NCBI GenBank assembly: GCA_022571885.1
Contig: JACZWZ010000001.1
Span: 156-64,155, forward strand
Length of the DNA: 64,000 bases
Source: Acidobacteriota bacterium
GTDB lineage: Bacteria > Actinomycetota > Acidimicrobiia > Spongiisociales > UBA11373
Direction of reading: 5' to 3'
Numbering within the stretch: position 1 is the first letter of the stretch; each line of letters starts with the position of its first letter. A program made the translations under genes and the position numbers. Positions 1-9,253 of the stretch are shown piece by piece. The notes under the pieces are model-generated. The model worked only from the letters and a program-made list of their open reading frames with translations. It ran no database searches and was not told the origin of the DNA.

Positions 1-922
1 TGTCCACCACTTCGGCTCCGCGGATCTCGCCGACGATCACCCGATCGGGGTTCTGGCGGAGGGTGGCCTTGACACAGTCGGCCAGGGTGGCCTCCCCCCG
101 GCCTTCGATGTTGGCGCCGCGACGCTCCCACATGACCTGATCGGGATGCAGGTCGAAGAACCGGTCCAGGCCGATCTCCAGGTTGTCCTCCACCGTCACC
201 ACCCGCTCTTGGGGTGGGATCTCGTTGAGGAGACAGCGCAGCATGGTGGTCTTGCCGGTGTTGGTGCCCCCGGCGACGATCAGGTTCAGCTTCGCCTTCA
301 CTGCCGCCTCCAAGAACGCAGAAAGCCCTCCGTCGATCACACCCAGGTCGACCAAATGCTTGAGCCGGTGAATCGAGAAGTCGTGGCGGCGGATCGTGAC
401 CGCCGGCCGTCCCGTCAACCCCATCACCGCGTGGAGACGTTCGCCGCCGGGAAGCTGAAGATTCAGTTCCCAGGAGACCTGGTCCCAACGCTTCTCCGAC
501 CGGCCCAGACGGCGCGCAGCAGCGGAGATCACCTCCACCAGCTCCCGATCCGAGTCCGCTACCGGTTCGCCGGCGACCTTGGTGCCGTCGCGGTAGACCA
601 GCCACACGTTGTCGAAGCCGTTGACGTGGATGTTGGCCAGTTCCGGGTCGTCGATGTAGGGCTGGAGTCGGCCCAGGCCGTGCAACCGGTCGAACACCGC
701 CTCAGCCAACTCGGCCTCCATCTGCGCGTCGGGGGGGTTATGTCCCTCCCGATACGCCTCCTCCGCCATCCGCTCCAGTTCTTCGGCGATCAGCGATCTG
801 GTCAGGGCCCGTTCGTCCCCAGAGCCCAGACCTCCGTTGCCGTCGACGGCTCGGAGACGCTCGGTGAGCCGCTCGGCCACCGCCTGGTGCAACCTGGCGG
901 TCACAGCACCGTCGACACTCAT
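1..922 (-). CDS. tadA: TadA/CpaF-family secretion ATPase (Tad/Flp pilus), partial: C-terminus runs off the window start
   Basis: Own minus-strand translation from ATG at 922: MSVDGAVTARL...NLIVAGGTNTGKTTMLRCL (Walker A)...LRQNPDRVIVGEIRGAEVVD (CpaF/VirB11-type motif). ATG overlaps TGA of the upstream ORF (ATGA). Absent from ORF track because there is no in-window stop; the + strand ORF 146..1234 is its antisense shadow. Confidence 0.8.
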   Translation of the reverse strand, partial: MSVDGAVTARLHQAVAERLTERLRAVDGNGGLGSGDERALTRSLIAEELERMAEEAYREGHNPPDAQMEAELAEAVFDRLHGLGRLQPYIDDPELANIHVNGFDNVWLVYRDGTKVAGEPVADSDRELVEVISAAARRLGRSEKRWDQVSWELNLQLPGGERLHAVMGLTGRPAVTIRRHDFSIHRLKHLVDLGVIDGGLSAFLEAAVKAKLNLIVAGGTNTGKTTMLRCLLNEIPPQERVVTVEDNLEIGLDRFFDLHPDQVMWERRGANIEGRGEATLADCVKATLRQNPDRVIVGEIRGAEVVD

Positions 923-1701
923 GGGCGTCCCTCCCCACCCACCTCGAATGCCGAGGGCGCCGGTGCGGCGCCGCTCCCATCGGCCACCACAGCGGGTAGT
1001 TCGACAGCCAGCCGCTGGGCCAGCGAAGCCGCCGACCGGACCAATGGTGAGCGGCGTAGATCCTTGCCACCAACCGCGCCGCACAGCGCCCCGGCTGTGC
1101 GGGGATCCCATGCCATCACCCCGGCCACCTCCACCGAGAGGCCCGAGGCCACCTCCGCGGCGTCATACGGAGAATCCCCGACCAGCAGCAGCCTCGCCCC
1201 CAGCCCCGAGACACCGAGCGTGGTGAGCCGGTAGGTGGCGGGGCGTAGCTGATCTGGGGTTGGACGCGTCAACAACAACACACCGTCGGCTTGTTGTAGG
1301 GCAACATCTGTGGATGACCCTGGGGTGAGGCGGCCGCAGTCGGCGATCACATCCACCTCCGTCGAGCCGGCACACCAGTCGGCCAGCGCCGAAGCGAGGT
1401 CCCGTAGCACGGCGTGGGCCTGGTCAGCCGACGGCGGTCCCACCAGCACCGTGACTCCTCCCGGAAGCTGCTGGGCGTGGCGCCACACCATGTCTCCATC
1501 GAGACCATTGCGCGACACCGCCGCCAAAGAGGCCAGGCCCGGCGTGTCTCGCAACCCGAAACGGGCCGCCAGCACCCCTCCGAACGGATCCGCCTCCACC
1601 AGCAGACACCGCCGACCCTCCGGCCACGCCCCGGCCAGGGCCAACGCCGTGGTGGTCACCCCCGGGGAGCCATGCACCGAACACAGACAGACCAGGCTCA
1701 T
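919..1701 (-). CDS. ParA/MinD-like ATPase with degenerate Walker A (Ssd/TadZ-like, like the protein encoded upstream of tadA in M. tuberculosis (Rv3660c))
   Basis: N-terminus LVCLCSVHGSPGVTTTALALAGAW resembles a deviant Walker A lacking the canonical K; sits immediately upstream of and translationally coupled to the TadA-like gene. Confidence 0.6.
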   Translation of the reverse strand: MSLVCLCSVHGSPGVTTTALALAGAWPEGRRCLLVEADPFGGVLAARFGLRDTPGLASLAAVSRNGLDGDMVWRHAQQLPGGVTVLVGPPSADQAHAVLRDLASALADWCAGSTEVDVIADCGRLTPGSSTDVALQQADGVLLLTRPTPDQLRPATYRLTTLGVSGLGARLLLVGDSPYDAAEVASGLSVEVAGVMAWDPRTAGALCGAVGGKDLRRSPLVRSAASLAQRLAVELPAVVADGSGAAPAPSAFEVGGEGRP

Positions 1702-2399
1702 CGTTGGTCCCCTGCCACCAGCACCAGCCGGATATCACCCGCGGCTGCTGCCCGGGCCACCGCTGCGGCGGCGTCGGCGGGTATCCGTAGCGACACGAAC
1801 CGCTGCCCCTGGGTGCCTAGTTCGGCCAGGTCGAACACCTCCGCCGCCGTCACCAACACCACCCCGCCATCGCCCGACGTCACCCCCGCGGGCTCCGCGG
1901 CGGTGCTGATCACGTCCACCAGATCGCCGGCAGTCAGACGCAGCGTCGGATACTCCCCGGCCGACAGCGCCAATCCCACCACCCCCTCGCCGACTTCGAG
2001 CAGGTTGCGGGCCACGAAATGGGCCCGAGTCACGATGGTGCCCGCTTCCAGATCGGCCACTGCGATCAGACCCGTCAACGTCCCCAGCTCGTCGACCGAC
2101 ATCGTGGCCACCGGGTCATCCGTCCCCACGTACACCACCTGGAAGTCACCGGCGTTGACCACCTGGCCACGCTGCACCTCATCGGCCAGCGCCAGTACCG
2201 GATCACGAGAAGCCGCCCCCGAGAACAACACCACCGCCGCCAACGCGCTCAACGCCACCAGCGTCACCGCCACCAGCAGCTGAGGAACCTGCACCCGACG
2301 GTGCGGCGGCTCCAGACGGAACGGGCTCAGGGTGCGCTCCCCATCACCCGACCCGCCGACGTGGCTAGTCGATGCCGGCTTTGCTGATCCTCGGTCCAT
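1698..2399 (-). CDS. CpaB/RcpC-like SAF-domain membrane protein (Flp pilus assembly)
   Basis: Single N-terminal TM (LLVAVTLVALSALAAVVLF) followed by a SAF/CpaB-like beta-rich domain; stop overlaps start of the ParA-like gene (ATGA). Start chosen at MDRG (2399), 1 nt after the upstream stop. Confidence 0.5.
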   Translation of the reverse strand: MDRGSAKPASTSHVGGSGDGERTLSPFRLEPPHRRVQVPQLLVAVTLVALSALAAVVLFSGAASRDPVLALADEVQRGQVVNAGDFQVVYVGTDDPVATMSVDELGTLTGLIAVADLEAGTIVTRAHFVARNLLEVGEGVVGLALSAGEYPTLRLTAGDLVDVISTAAEPAGVTSGDGGVVLVTAAEVFDLAELGTQGQRFVSLRIPADAAAAVARAAAAGDIRLVLVAGDQR

Positions 2400-2400
2400 G

Positions 2401-3297
2401 TCAGCCTCCCGTCTCCACCGCCTGGATCTCGCCCACCGCCACCACAAACGGGGTCGACAGATCCAGGGTGCCGAACACCCCCTGATAGGTGTCGTTGATC
2501 CACCACTCGAACTCCCAGCTCACCGTCACCCGGGCCGAGAAGCGGCCCCCCGGGTGGTCGTAGGAGCTGTGTAGGTAGGTGTAGGAGCAGTCGGTGCCGT
2601 TCTCCCCCAACCCTGACACCCACTCCACCCCCGGTCCCAAACAGGTGACCCCGCCACCGTCGCCCATCACCCACCGGGCATGCGTCGGTGTTGCCCACAC
2701 CGTGACTGTCGTCAACCCCCGGGTCTCCGACGCCTCCAGCAGCCCCCAGTCGGCCGGATCCAGCCACAGCCACGTCGGCACCCGCACAAACGCCTGCCGG
2801 GCCAGCGGCGGGCTCGTCTCAGGCACCGGCAGAGGAGGCTCCAACCGGGCCGACGCCACATCGCGGATCACCTCGAGCGGAACCGGCGGTGTCACCTCCA
2901 CCGCGAACTCATACGAATACGCAACCCAACCGTCCCGCCAACAGTTCGCACCCCACCACCAGTACTCGCCGGTCGGATCGAAACCGACATACGCGATGTC
3001 CCCCTCGGTCAAAGGATCCGACGGATACAGCTCCACCTCATCACCGTCCAGAAACTCCCCCACCACTCGGGCGCAGTGGATCTCCCACAATCGATCCACC
3101 GACCCGCTTCCCGGCTGACCCGGCGTCCGCCCGTGGCATTCCCCAAATACGTCGCCGCCCCTCTGATCAATGCGGCCCTCCCCCGAACAGTGGTTAGCGA
3201 GAGCCGGCGCGGCGGCCAGCGTCACCGCTGGCACAACCATGGCCAGGGCGACAGTCAGACCGAGGGCAACCCCCGCTCCGTTGGTGCGAACTCGCAT
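2401..3297 (-). CDS. secreted hypothetical protein (signal peptide, Trp-rich)
   Basis: N-terminal MRVRTNGAGVALGLTVALAMVVPAVTLAAAPALA signal-like sequence; no recognisable family. Confidence 0.45.
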   Translation of the reverse strand: MRVRTNGAGVALGLTVALAMVVPAVTLAAAPALANHCSGEGRIDQRGGDVFGECHGRTPGQPGSGSVDRLWEIHCARVVGEFLDGDEVELYPSDPLTEGDIAYVGFDPTGEYWWWGANCWRDGWVAYSYEFAVEVTPPVPLEVIRDVASARLEPPLPVPETSPPLARQAFVRVPTWLWLDPADWGLLEASETRGLTTVTVWATPTHARWVMGDGGGVTCLGPGVEWVSGLGENGTDCSYTYLHSSYDHPGGRFSARVTVSWEFEWWINDTYQGVFGTLDLSTPFVVAVGEIQAVETGG

Positions 3298-4294
3298 GCG
3301 AAATCCACCTGTCCTTGCAGATCAGCAACCTTCCACAGCCCACCTTCGAACACCATCACCGCTGATTCCAGATCACGCTGCCCCTCACGTACCGATGGTT
3401 CGTCTGTCAATCGTTCCCCCGTGTCGAGGTCGTACAGGCCATAGTCCGGATCGGCTTCCATGCAGCTGAAAACAACTAGTTCGGTCGGACTGCGGACCTC
3501 TATCACCTCAGCGTGTGTCTCGGGCCGACCTCGCAGCGCCACCCGGCGAGCCTCGTGCTCTTCGAGGAGGCCAACAATGAATCCCTGCTGGGGCTCAGAC
3601 AGCACAGCGTCGACAAGCGGATGATCCGGATCAGGCGGGTCCCAGAAGGTTTCCCGAGCGTCGTAGTAGGCGTCGTAACCAGCGATGGCCGCCTCGGCCA
3701 TCTGCTCTGGCACGCAACCACCACCACTCGGGATGAACAGAGAGACCACCACCCAACCCTGCGCGCCGTTCGCCAGGTCCGCCTGGTACCAGACCCCGAC
3801 GGTGTCCGTGAACGAAAGCGACAGGAGGACGCAATCCTCGATGGTGGCCTTATCCGACCCAAGGTCTGTCACCCTGGCCGAAGTCACCACGTCGGTCTCC
3901 ACAGGTCCCAGCCCCGACTCACGTTGCCGCTCGAACAGCGCAACCACGCCTTCAACCACGTCGGGATCCGCCACTCGCTGCAACGGGGCGGGATCAAGAT
4001 CCTTTGAGGCCCGCACCGCGGACCACGCCGCCCAGAAGGCATTCCAAGCGGCGAGCAGATCCTCCTCCAACGGATCAGGTGCCGTGGTGGTAGCGGTGGC
4101 AGTAGCAGTAGTCGACGAGGTTGGTGAAGTAGATGTCGATGGCGGTGCGGCAGAAGTTGACGTCGCAAGCGAATCAGAGGTTGTGGTCGGAGCGGCAGCC
4201 GGCGAGGCATTGCTGCAGGCCGCAAACACCAGAAACGAGGCCAGGACAGGCGCAAGGAGACTACGTGAAGAAGTCGGGGCTCCGAGCTCCGGCA
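3255..4294 (-). CDS. hypothetical lipoprotein with Ser/Thr/Ala-rich linker; start uncertain (ORF extends to 4445)
   Basis: ...SRSLLAPVLASFLVFAAC lipobox-like signal followed by an S/T/A low-complexity tract and a globular C-terminal domain. GTG at 4294 gives a plausible signal peptide; the first ATG is at 4445. Confidence 0.45.
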
Positions 4295-4452
4295 CCGCTT
4301 GCTGAGGTGCGGTCACGGGCAAGCCCCAACATCCTGTAGCCGAACCAACCCTGAGTATCGAATCACCTGCGGAGGGCGTGGCAACACGCGCGTCACGCCC
4401 CCACGAGTCATCGTCAATACCAGGGAGCGTGTCATCGCTCAACACGCCACAA

Positions 4453-4724
4453 CCCTTTCAGCATGGTGTCTCAGCAAAGTCTCAGCAATCCTTTCAAGCA
4501 CCGGCAGCGACCGCTCACCTCTAGCTACCCAGGGCCTCGACGATGCAGCCATAGGCGCACGATGAACTGCCACCCTTTCAACAGAGTCTCAGCAACCCTT
4601 TCAAACACCCTTGCAGCGGGCCAGCTCAGTCCGGAACAAACACCAGACCCAGCGCCGCATTAGTCAACAATCTCAGAACTCCTGCGTCGGCGCCGGCAAC
4701 AGGATGAGATCGTGTTGAAAGGGT
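4453..4724. promoter_or_regulatory. cluster of short direct and inverted repeats (CCTTTCARMCA and GTCTCAGCAA motifs) upstream of xis; candidate Int/Xis arm-type sites or xis promoter
   Basis: Read directly: ccctttcagca (4453), gtctcagcaa x2, cctttcaagca (4490), ccctttcaaca (4572), gtctcagcaa, ccctttcaaaca (4596), inverted tgttgaaaggg (4713) about 20 nt before the xis ATG. Confidence 0.4.
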
Positions 4725-4743
4725 CAGGACGCACGATCAGCAC

Positions 4744-4971
4744 ATGGATCAGCTCGACCACCTCCTGACCGCCCAGGACCTCGCGGCCTACCTCGACGTG
4801 CCCCTGACAACGCTGTACGCGTGGCGATACCGTGGAGAGGGTCCGGCTGGCTTTCGCGTCGGCAAGCACCTCCGGTATAGACGGAGTGACGTGGAACAGT
4901 GGATCCGAGAACGCGTCGGAGAGTCACAGCCCAATCGCCGACGACCGCCTTCTGCGCTGGACCATCCTTGA
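4744..4971 (+). CDS. xis: excisionase / HTH_17-family DNA-binding protein
   Basis: 75 aa; LTAQDLAAYLDVPLTTLYAWRYRGEGPAGFRVGKHLRYRRSDVEQWI matches excisionase-type winged HTH; sits directly upstream of the integrase. Confidence 0.75.
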   Translation: MDQLDHLLTAQDLAAYLDVPLTTLYAWRYRGEGPAGFRVGKHLRYRRSDVEQWIRERVGESQPNRRRPPSALDHP

Positions 4972-5038
4972 GAGCCACCGGTAGAGTCGCCGCCAAGGTG
5001 CCGACGTTACGGCAACCCATCACGCGGGGGGAAGCGCT

Positions 5039-6205
5039 ATGGCCAGCATTCAGAAACGACACACCGCGAGCAGTGAGATTCGTTGGGATGTCCGCTACCG
5101 GGACCCCGATCAGCGCCACAGGACGAGGACCTTTCATCGCAAGGTCGATGCACAGAAGTTCGCCAACCTTGTGGAGGCCGATCTCGCCCGAGGCGAATGG
5201 CTCGACCCTGGACTCGGCAAGGAAACCTTCGGAGAGTGGGCACGTCGCTGGCAGTCAACCATCGCGGGCCTCGCGCCCAAGACTCGGGAAAGCTACGAGT
5301 CGATCCTCCGCCGCCACCTGTTGCCCAGGTTTGAGAACACGCCGGTGTCGCGCATCGATCATCCGATGGTCCTGGCACTGATGGCTGAGCTCACCTCCAC
5401 CGGGTCCGGCGCAGGCACAGTACGAAACGTACGAGACGTGCTTCGCCTCATCCTCGAGCTGACGCGACGTTCAGGTGCTATTCGGACCAATCCCGTCGAA
5501 GGAGCGAAGGTCCCGAAGAAACCGCCCGCCCAAATGGTGTTCTTGAACGCCGATCAGATCATGACCCTCGCGCAGGAAGTAACCAACCCTCCGATCAGGA
5601 GGGGCGCCGGCGAACACCGACGCGCTGCTTATCCGGAGCGAGGACTCCTCGTGCGCTTTGCCGGCTTCACTGGTCTCCGCTCGGGCGAGATCGTGGCCCT
5701 GCGAGCCGAGGCCATCGATTTGATGCGAGGCCGCGTCCAGGTCCTGGCTTCAGCCAGCGAGGCCTACGGCAAACTCCAATTCGGGCCCCCGAAGACGTAC
5801 CAACGCCGGTCGGTGCCCCTCCCGAAGACTCTTCTCGACGAGTTGACGACCCACCTTGCAAGCAAGGACTCCTCGGACTTCGTGTTCGTGTCGGCGAGGG
5901 GTGGCCCGCTCCGGCACTCAAACTTCTACGCGCGGCACTTCAAACCGGCGGCGATCCGATTGGGCCTGCCACAGACAACCCGCTTTCACGACCTCCGACA
6001 CAGCTACGCGGCGATGCTCATCGCGGAAAACGCCCATCCCAGAGCCATCATGGAACGCCTCGGCCACAGCACGATCCAGGTCACCCTCGGTACGTACGGG
6101 CATCTGTTCCCAAGCCTCGAGGCTTCGCTGACCGAGGCCCTCGACGACGTGTACCGAGGAGCCAAGCCGACGCCGCCAGCCAAGGTGCGAGAAATCAAAG
6201 GCTAA
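5039..6205 (+). CDS. int: tyrosine-type site-specific recombinase/integrase (phage/ICE type with N-terminal arm-binding domain)
   Basis: N-terminus SIQKRHTASSEIRWDVRYRDPDQRHRTRTFHRKVDAQKFANLVEADLARGEWLDP is typical of actinobacterial element integrases; C-terminal catalytic R...HDLRHSYAAMLIAENAHPRAIMERLGHSTIQVTLGTYGHLF (His-x-x-Arg and Tyr). Confidence 0.9.
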   Translation: MASIQKRHTASSEIRWDVRYRDPDQRHRTRTFHRKVDAQKFANLVEADLARGEWLDPGLGKETFGEWARRWQSTIAGLAPKTRESYESILRRHLLPRFENTPVSRIDHPMVLALMAELTSTGSGAGTVRNVRDVLRLILELTRRSGAIRTNPVEGAKVPKKPPAQMVFLNADQIMTLAQEVTNPPIRRGAGEHRRAAYPERGLLVRFAGFTGLRSGEIVALRAEAIDLMRGRVQVLASASEAYGKLQFGPPKTYQRRSVPLPKTLLDELTTHLASKDSSDFVFVSARGGPLRHSNFYARHFKPAAIRLGLPQTTRFHDLRHSYAAMLIAENAHPRAIMERLGHSTIQVTLGTYGHLFPSLEASLTEALDDVYRGAKPTPPAKVREIKG

Positions 6206-6612
6206 TCAGTCACCCACTCATGGTCGGTAGGTGATCGATGCATTCGATGCAGGGTGCGAAAAGACCCGCTGCGTAGCATGTCGATAGCCGATCAGGAGCA
6301 ACCAGGATGGCCGAATCCCCCCGGACCCTGGTTGAGGACCTAGCCGGAAGTTTCAACCAGACCGTCCTCGACCATGACACCCTCACGAGCCACAGTGTCC
6401 TCGATGCCCTTGCGGGTCCCCCATCTCTCTGGTAGGGGATCCGGTCTCAGACAGCACACATACGTATCACGAATAACTTCAAGAAAGACCGGAACAGCGA
6501 CCAAAACCTGGCGAGGCATGACTCATCAGCGCAACGGCGGGTCAGTCGGCCCGCGCCATGGACGCGCGATGGAGCCTCTTCGCAGCTCGGAGCAGGACAA
6601 CCCAGAACTCCG

Positions 6613-6640
6613 AAAACCCTTGCGGTACAAGGGTTTTCGT
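6613..6640. terminator. hairpin between int and tRNA-Met (cgaaaacccttg cggt acaagggttttcg), possible bidirectional terminator
   Basis: Perfect 12-bp inverted repeat read directly, immediately 3' of the tRNA (minus strand) and downstream of int. Confidence 0.5.
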
Positions 6641-6643
6641 TCG

Positions 6644-6717
<74 letters not shown>

Positions 6718-6868
6718 TCGTTGGACCCGGAGCATACGGACCCCTCCACTCCTGTGCAAGGTCACGTAGCCTTTCGGCCCTGAACCCGATGTCCGCAGTC
6801 ACACAGGGACGTCGTGCGCCAGCTTCACCCGACCCGCGACTGAAGATCGACCCCTCTGACGCCGATGA

Positions 6869-7546
6869 GTGTTTATGGCCGTCGCACTACTGGAGGATGT
6901 CGGCAGCTCGCGGCGTAGCGATCTTCGCCGTGAGCTGATTGTGGTAGATCCGCGCCCTCTGTTTGCTGATGCCATCTCGGCCGGCTTCGACTCCGGCGAA
7001 TGGCTGGTCCACATCCTCGCCCCGGAGGTGGTGTCCGACATCCCGATTCGAACCGGCATCGGTGTGGTGGCGCTGGCCCGACCCGACCCGGCGGAAGTGG
7101 TGGCAATCCTCGCCGCTCGAGACAGACGGGTGATCGTGTACGGAAGTGACCAAGGGGCGATGTTTTTCGAGGCCGTCGAGGCGGGTGCAGTCGGATTCGT
7201 CTCCGATCGGGCCGAGGCCGGCGAGTTCGGACGGGCGGCGACGGCACTACGCAATGGGGCCCCGTCGGTGTTCCCGGAACACACCCGGCGCCGAATGTCG
7301 AGCCCCGGGTGGCCGGCTGCCGACAGCGGCGTTGTCGAACTGGAACGCCTGACCCGACGGGAACGAGAAGTGCTCAATGGGCTGGTCGCCGGGCTGAGTC
7401 CCGCCGCAATCGCCGAACGGGATTTCGTCTCGGTGATCACCGTGCGCAACCAGGTGCAAGCCATCCTCACCAAGCTGAACGTTCACTCGCAGCTCGAGGC
7501 GGTCGCCACCGTGCACCGCTACGGCTGGATGCTTCACACCGCGTAA
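6869..7546 (+). CDS. LuxR-family transcriptional regulator with atypical N-terminal receiver-like domain
   Basis: C-terminal LTRREREVLNGLVAGLSPAAIAERDFVSVITVRNQVQAILTKLNV is a LuxR/GerE-type HTH; N-terminal part resembles a degenerate REC. Same strand as flp and directly upstream. Confidence 0.6.
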   Translation: MFMAVALLEDVGSSRRSDLRRELIVVDPRPLFADAISAGFDSGEWLVHILAPEVVSDIPIRTGIGVVALARPDPAEVVAILAARDRRVIVYGSDQGAMFFEAVEAGAVGFVSDRAEAGEFGRAATALRNGAPSVFPEHTRRRMSSPGWPAADSGVVELERLTRREREVLNGLVAGLSPAAIAERDFVSVITVRNQVQAILTKLNVHSQLEAVATVHRYGWMLHTA

Positions 7547-7703
7547 GACCGCGCATCCTCCAAAACCTCCGCAAACGGTCACTCCCTTTGATGTATCTGC
7601 ATCATGACACGACCACAGAGATTGGTCAGGGTGAGGCAACGTACTAAGTCGCTGGGCACGAAATGACTAGTACGTCGAACGACAGATAGAGGAGGTAGCG
7701 CCC

Positions 7704-7874
7704 ATGTTGAAGCGTCTGTACATCGCCCTGCAAAGCAGGGACGACGGCGCAACGATGGTGGAGTACGGCCTGATGGTCGCGCTCATCGCCGTGGTTGCCC
7801 TGGTAGCCGTCACCGCCCTCGGGGGCAGTGTCAGCGGCATCTTCCAGAACGTCGCCAACACGCTGACGCCATGA
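7704..7874 (+). CDS. flp: Flp-family type IVb prepilin (56 aa), absent from ORF track because under 60 aa
   Basis: Own translation: MLKRLYIALQSRDDGATMVEYGLMVALIAVVALVAVTALGGSVSGIFQNVANTLTP. G/ATMVEYGL is the Flp processing motif followed by a hydrophobic helix; GAGGAGG RBS at 7689-7695; stop TGA at 7872-7874. Confidence 0.8.
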   Translation: MLKRLYIALQSRDDGATMVEYGLMVALIAVVALVAVTALGGSVSGIFQNVANTLTP

Positions 7875-7886
7875 AAACACCGTCTG

Positions 7887-7916
7887 GGTCTCGGGGGGTT
7901 CGAACCGCCCGAGACC
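7887..7916 (+). terminator. stem-loop just after flp (ggtctcggggggttcgaaccgcccgagacc); candidate partial terminator/attenuator
   Basis: 9-10 bp GC-rich stem read directly, 13 nt after the flp stop and 16 nt before tadE. Confidence 0.4.
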
Positions 7917-7931
7917 AGGACGGAGTCTCTT

Positions 7932-8294
7932 ATGAAACGCGACGACGGAGCAGCCCTCGTAGAATTTTCCCTGGTACTCACCCTGCTGGTGATGATCACC
8001 TTTGGGATCATCGGCTTCGGGCGGGCCTACAACGCTCAGGTGACACTCACCCACGCCACCCGTGAGGGTGTGAGGGTGCTGGCGATCACCGGCGATGCCG
8101 ACGCCGCCGCCGCCGCCACCAAGAACGCAGCCACCACTCTCGATCCGGCACTGCTCACGATCACCACCAGCGCCTGCTCTCCCGGATACCCCACCGAACT
8201 GACCGCCTCCTACCCCTTCGAGCTCGATATTCCGTTCTGGGGAACCCAGAACCTCGACCTCAACGCCACGGCGGTGATGAGATGCAGCGGCTGA
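7932..8294 (+). CDS. tadE: TadE-like pseudopilin
   Basis: N-terminus DDGAALVEFSLVLTLLVMITFGIIGFGRAY matches the TadE-like domain. Confidence 0.75.
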   Translation: MKRDDGAALVEFSLVLTLLVMITFGIIGFGRAYNAQVTLTHATREGVRVLAITGDADAAAAATKNAATTLDPALLTITTSACSPGYPTELTASYPFELDIPFWGTQNLDLNATAVMRCSG

Positions 8295-9244
8295 ACGGCG
8301 AACGCGGCGTCGTCGGGGTGTTCGTCGCCCTCTCGATGACCATTCTGATTGGCATGCTCGGCTTTGCCGTCGATATCGGGGCTCTCTACAACGAGCGACG
8401 CCAGCTGAGCAATGGAGCGGACGCCGCGGTGCTCGCCATCGCAGAAGACTGTGCTCTGGGTGTCGGGTCTTGCGACCCGGCCACCGCCACCGTGACCGCC
8501 CGGAACTTCGCCAACGCCAACGCCAACGACGGCTTCGCCTTCATCGAAGACGTTTCCCTCGACCTGAACGCCCGGACGGTGCGGGTCGAGGTGGGCACGC
8601 TCGAAACCGACGGGGGCCGGGTGCTCACTCCCTTCTTTGCCCAGGTGGTCGGGTGGGACGGATCCACCGTCCACGCCTCTGCCTCGGCACTCTGGGGGTA
8701 TCCCAGCTCGATGCGCGGCGTGCTGCCGTTGATCATCTCCGAATGCGAATTCCCGCTCGGCACTGCGGTTCCCACCGCCAACTTGATCCTCACATTCCAC
8801 GAGGGAAACAACACCGAAGAGTGCAACGCGGTCGCCGGCCAGGACATGGACGGCGACGGCAAGCTGGCGGGAGGGTTCGGCTGGCTCGCCACCAACGGGA
8901 ATTGCGGGTCCGACCTGTCCACCGGCAGCTGGATCTTCGCCGACACCGGCTCCTCGCCATCCAATGGATGCTCCCTGCCGGACCTCAGCGGGCTTATCGG
9001 CATTCCGACTCCGCTACCGATCTTCGACGACATCGCCGGTGTCGGAGCCAACGGGCAATACCACATCTCGGGCTTCGGGCTCTTCGTCATCACCGGTTAC
9101 AACTTCGGCGGTCAGTACAAGGTCAACCCGCCGTGCTCGGGGTCCACCCGCTGCGTGTCGGGCTACTTCACCCCGGGCACCGTCCACGACGGCGAGCCGG
9201 GCGGACCGAATCGTGGAATCGTCATCGTCAAGTTGACCGGATAG
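8282..9244 (+). CDS. tadG: TadG-like pilus assembly protein
   Basis: N-terminus GVVGVFVALSMTILIGMLGFAVDIGALYNERRQLSNGADAAVLAIA is the TadE/G-like membrane anchor; large Cys- and Gly-rich extracellular domain. Confidence 0.7.
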   Translation: MQRLNGERGVVGVFVALSMTILIGMLGFAVDIGALYNERRQLSNGADAAVLAIAEDCALGVGSCDPATATVTARNFANANANDGFAFIEDVSLDLNARTVRVEVGTLETDGGRVLTPFFAQVVGWDGSTVHASASALWGYPSSMRGVLPLIISECEFPLGTAVPTANLILTFHEGNNTEECNAVAGQDMDGDGKLAGGFGWLATNGNCGSDLSTGSWIFADTGSSPSNGCSLPDLSGLIGIPTPLPIFDDIAGVGANGQYHISGFGLFVITGYNFGGQYKVNPPCSGSTRCVSGYFTPGTVHDGEPGGPNRGIVIVKLTG

Positions 9245-9253
9245 GAGACGGAA

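Noticed and set aside
146-1234. 362-aa plus-strand ORF across the window start
   Set aside because: Low-complexity Arg/His/Pro-rich translation; it is the antisense shadow of the minus-strand TadA-like and ParA-like genes, which have clear motifs.
7887-7916. tRNA-like ggttcgaacc motif after flp
   Set aside because: Only a T-arm-like hairpin; no acceptor, D or anticodon arms can be folded; treated as a terminator/attenuator hairpin.
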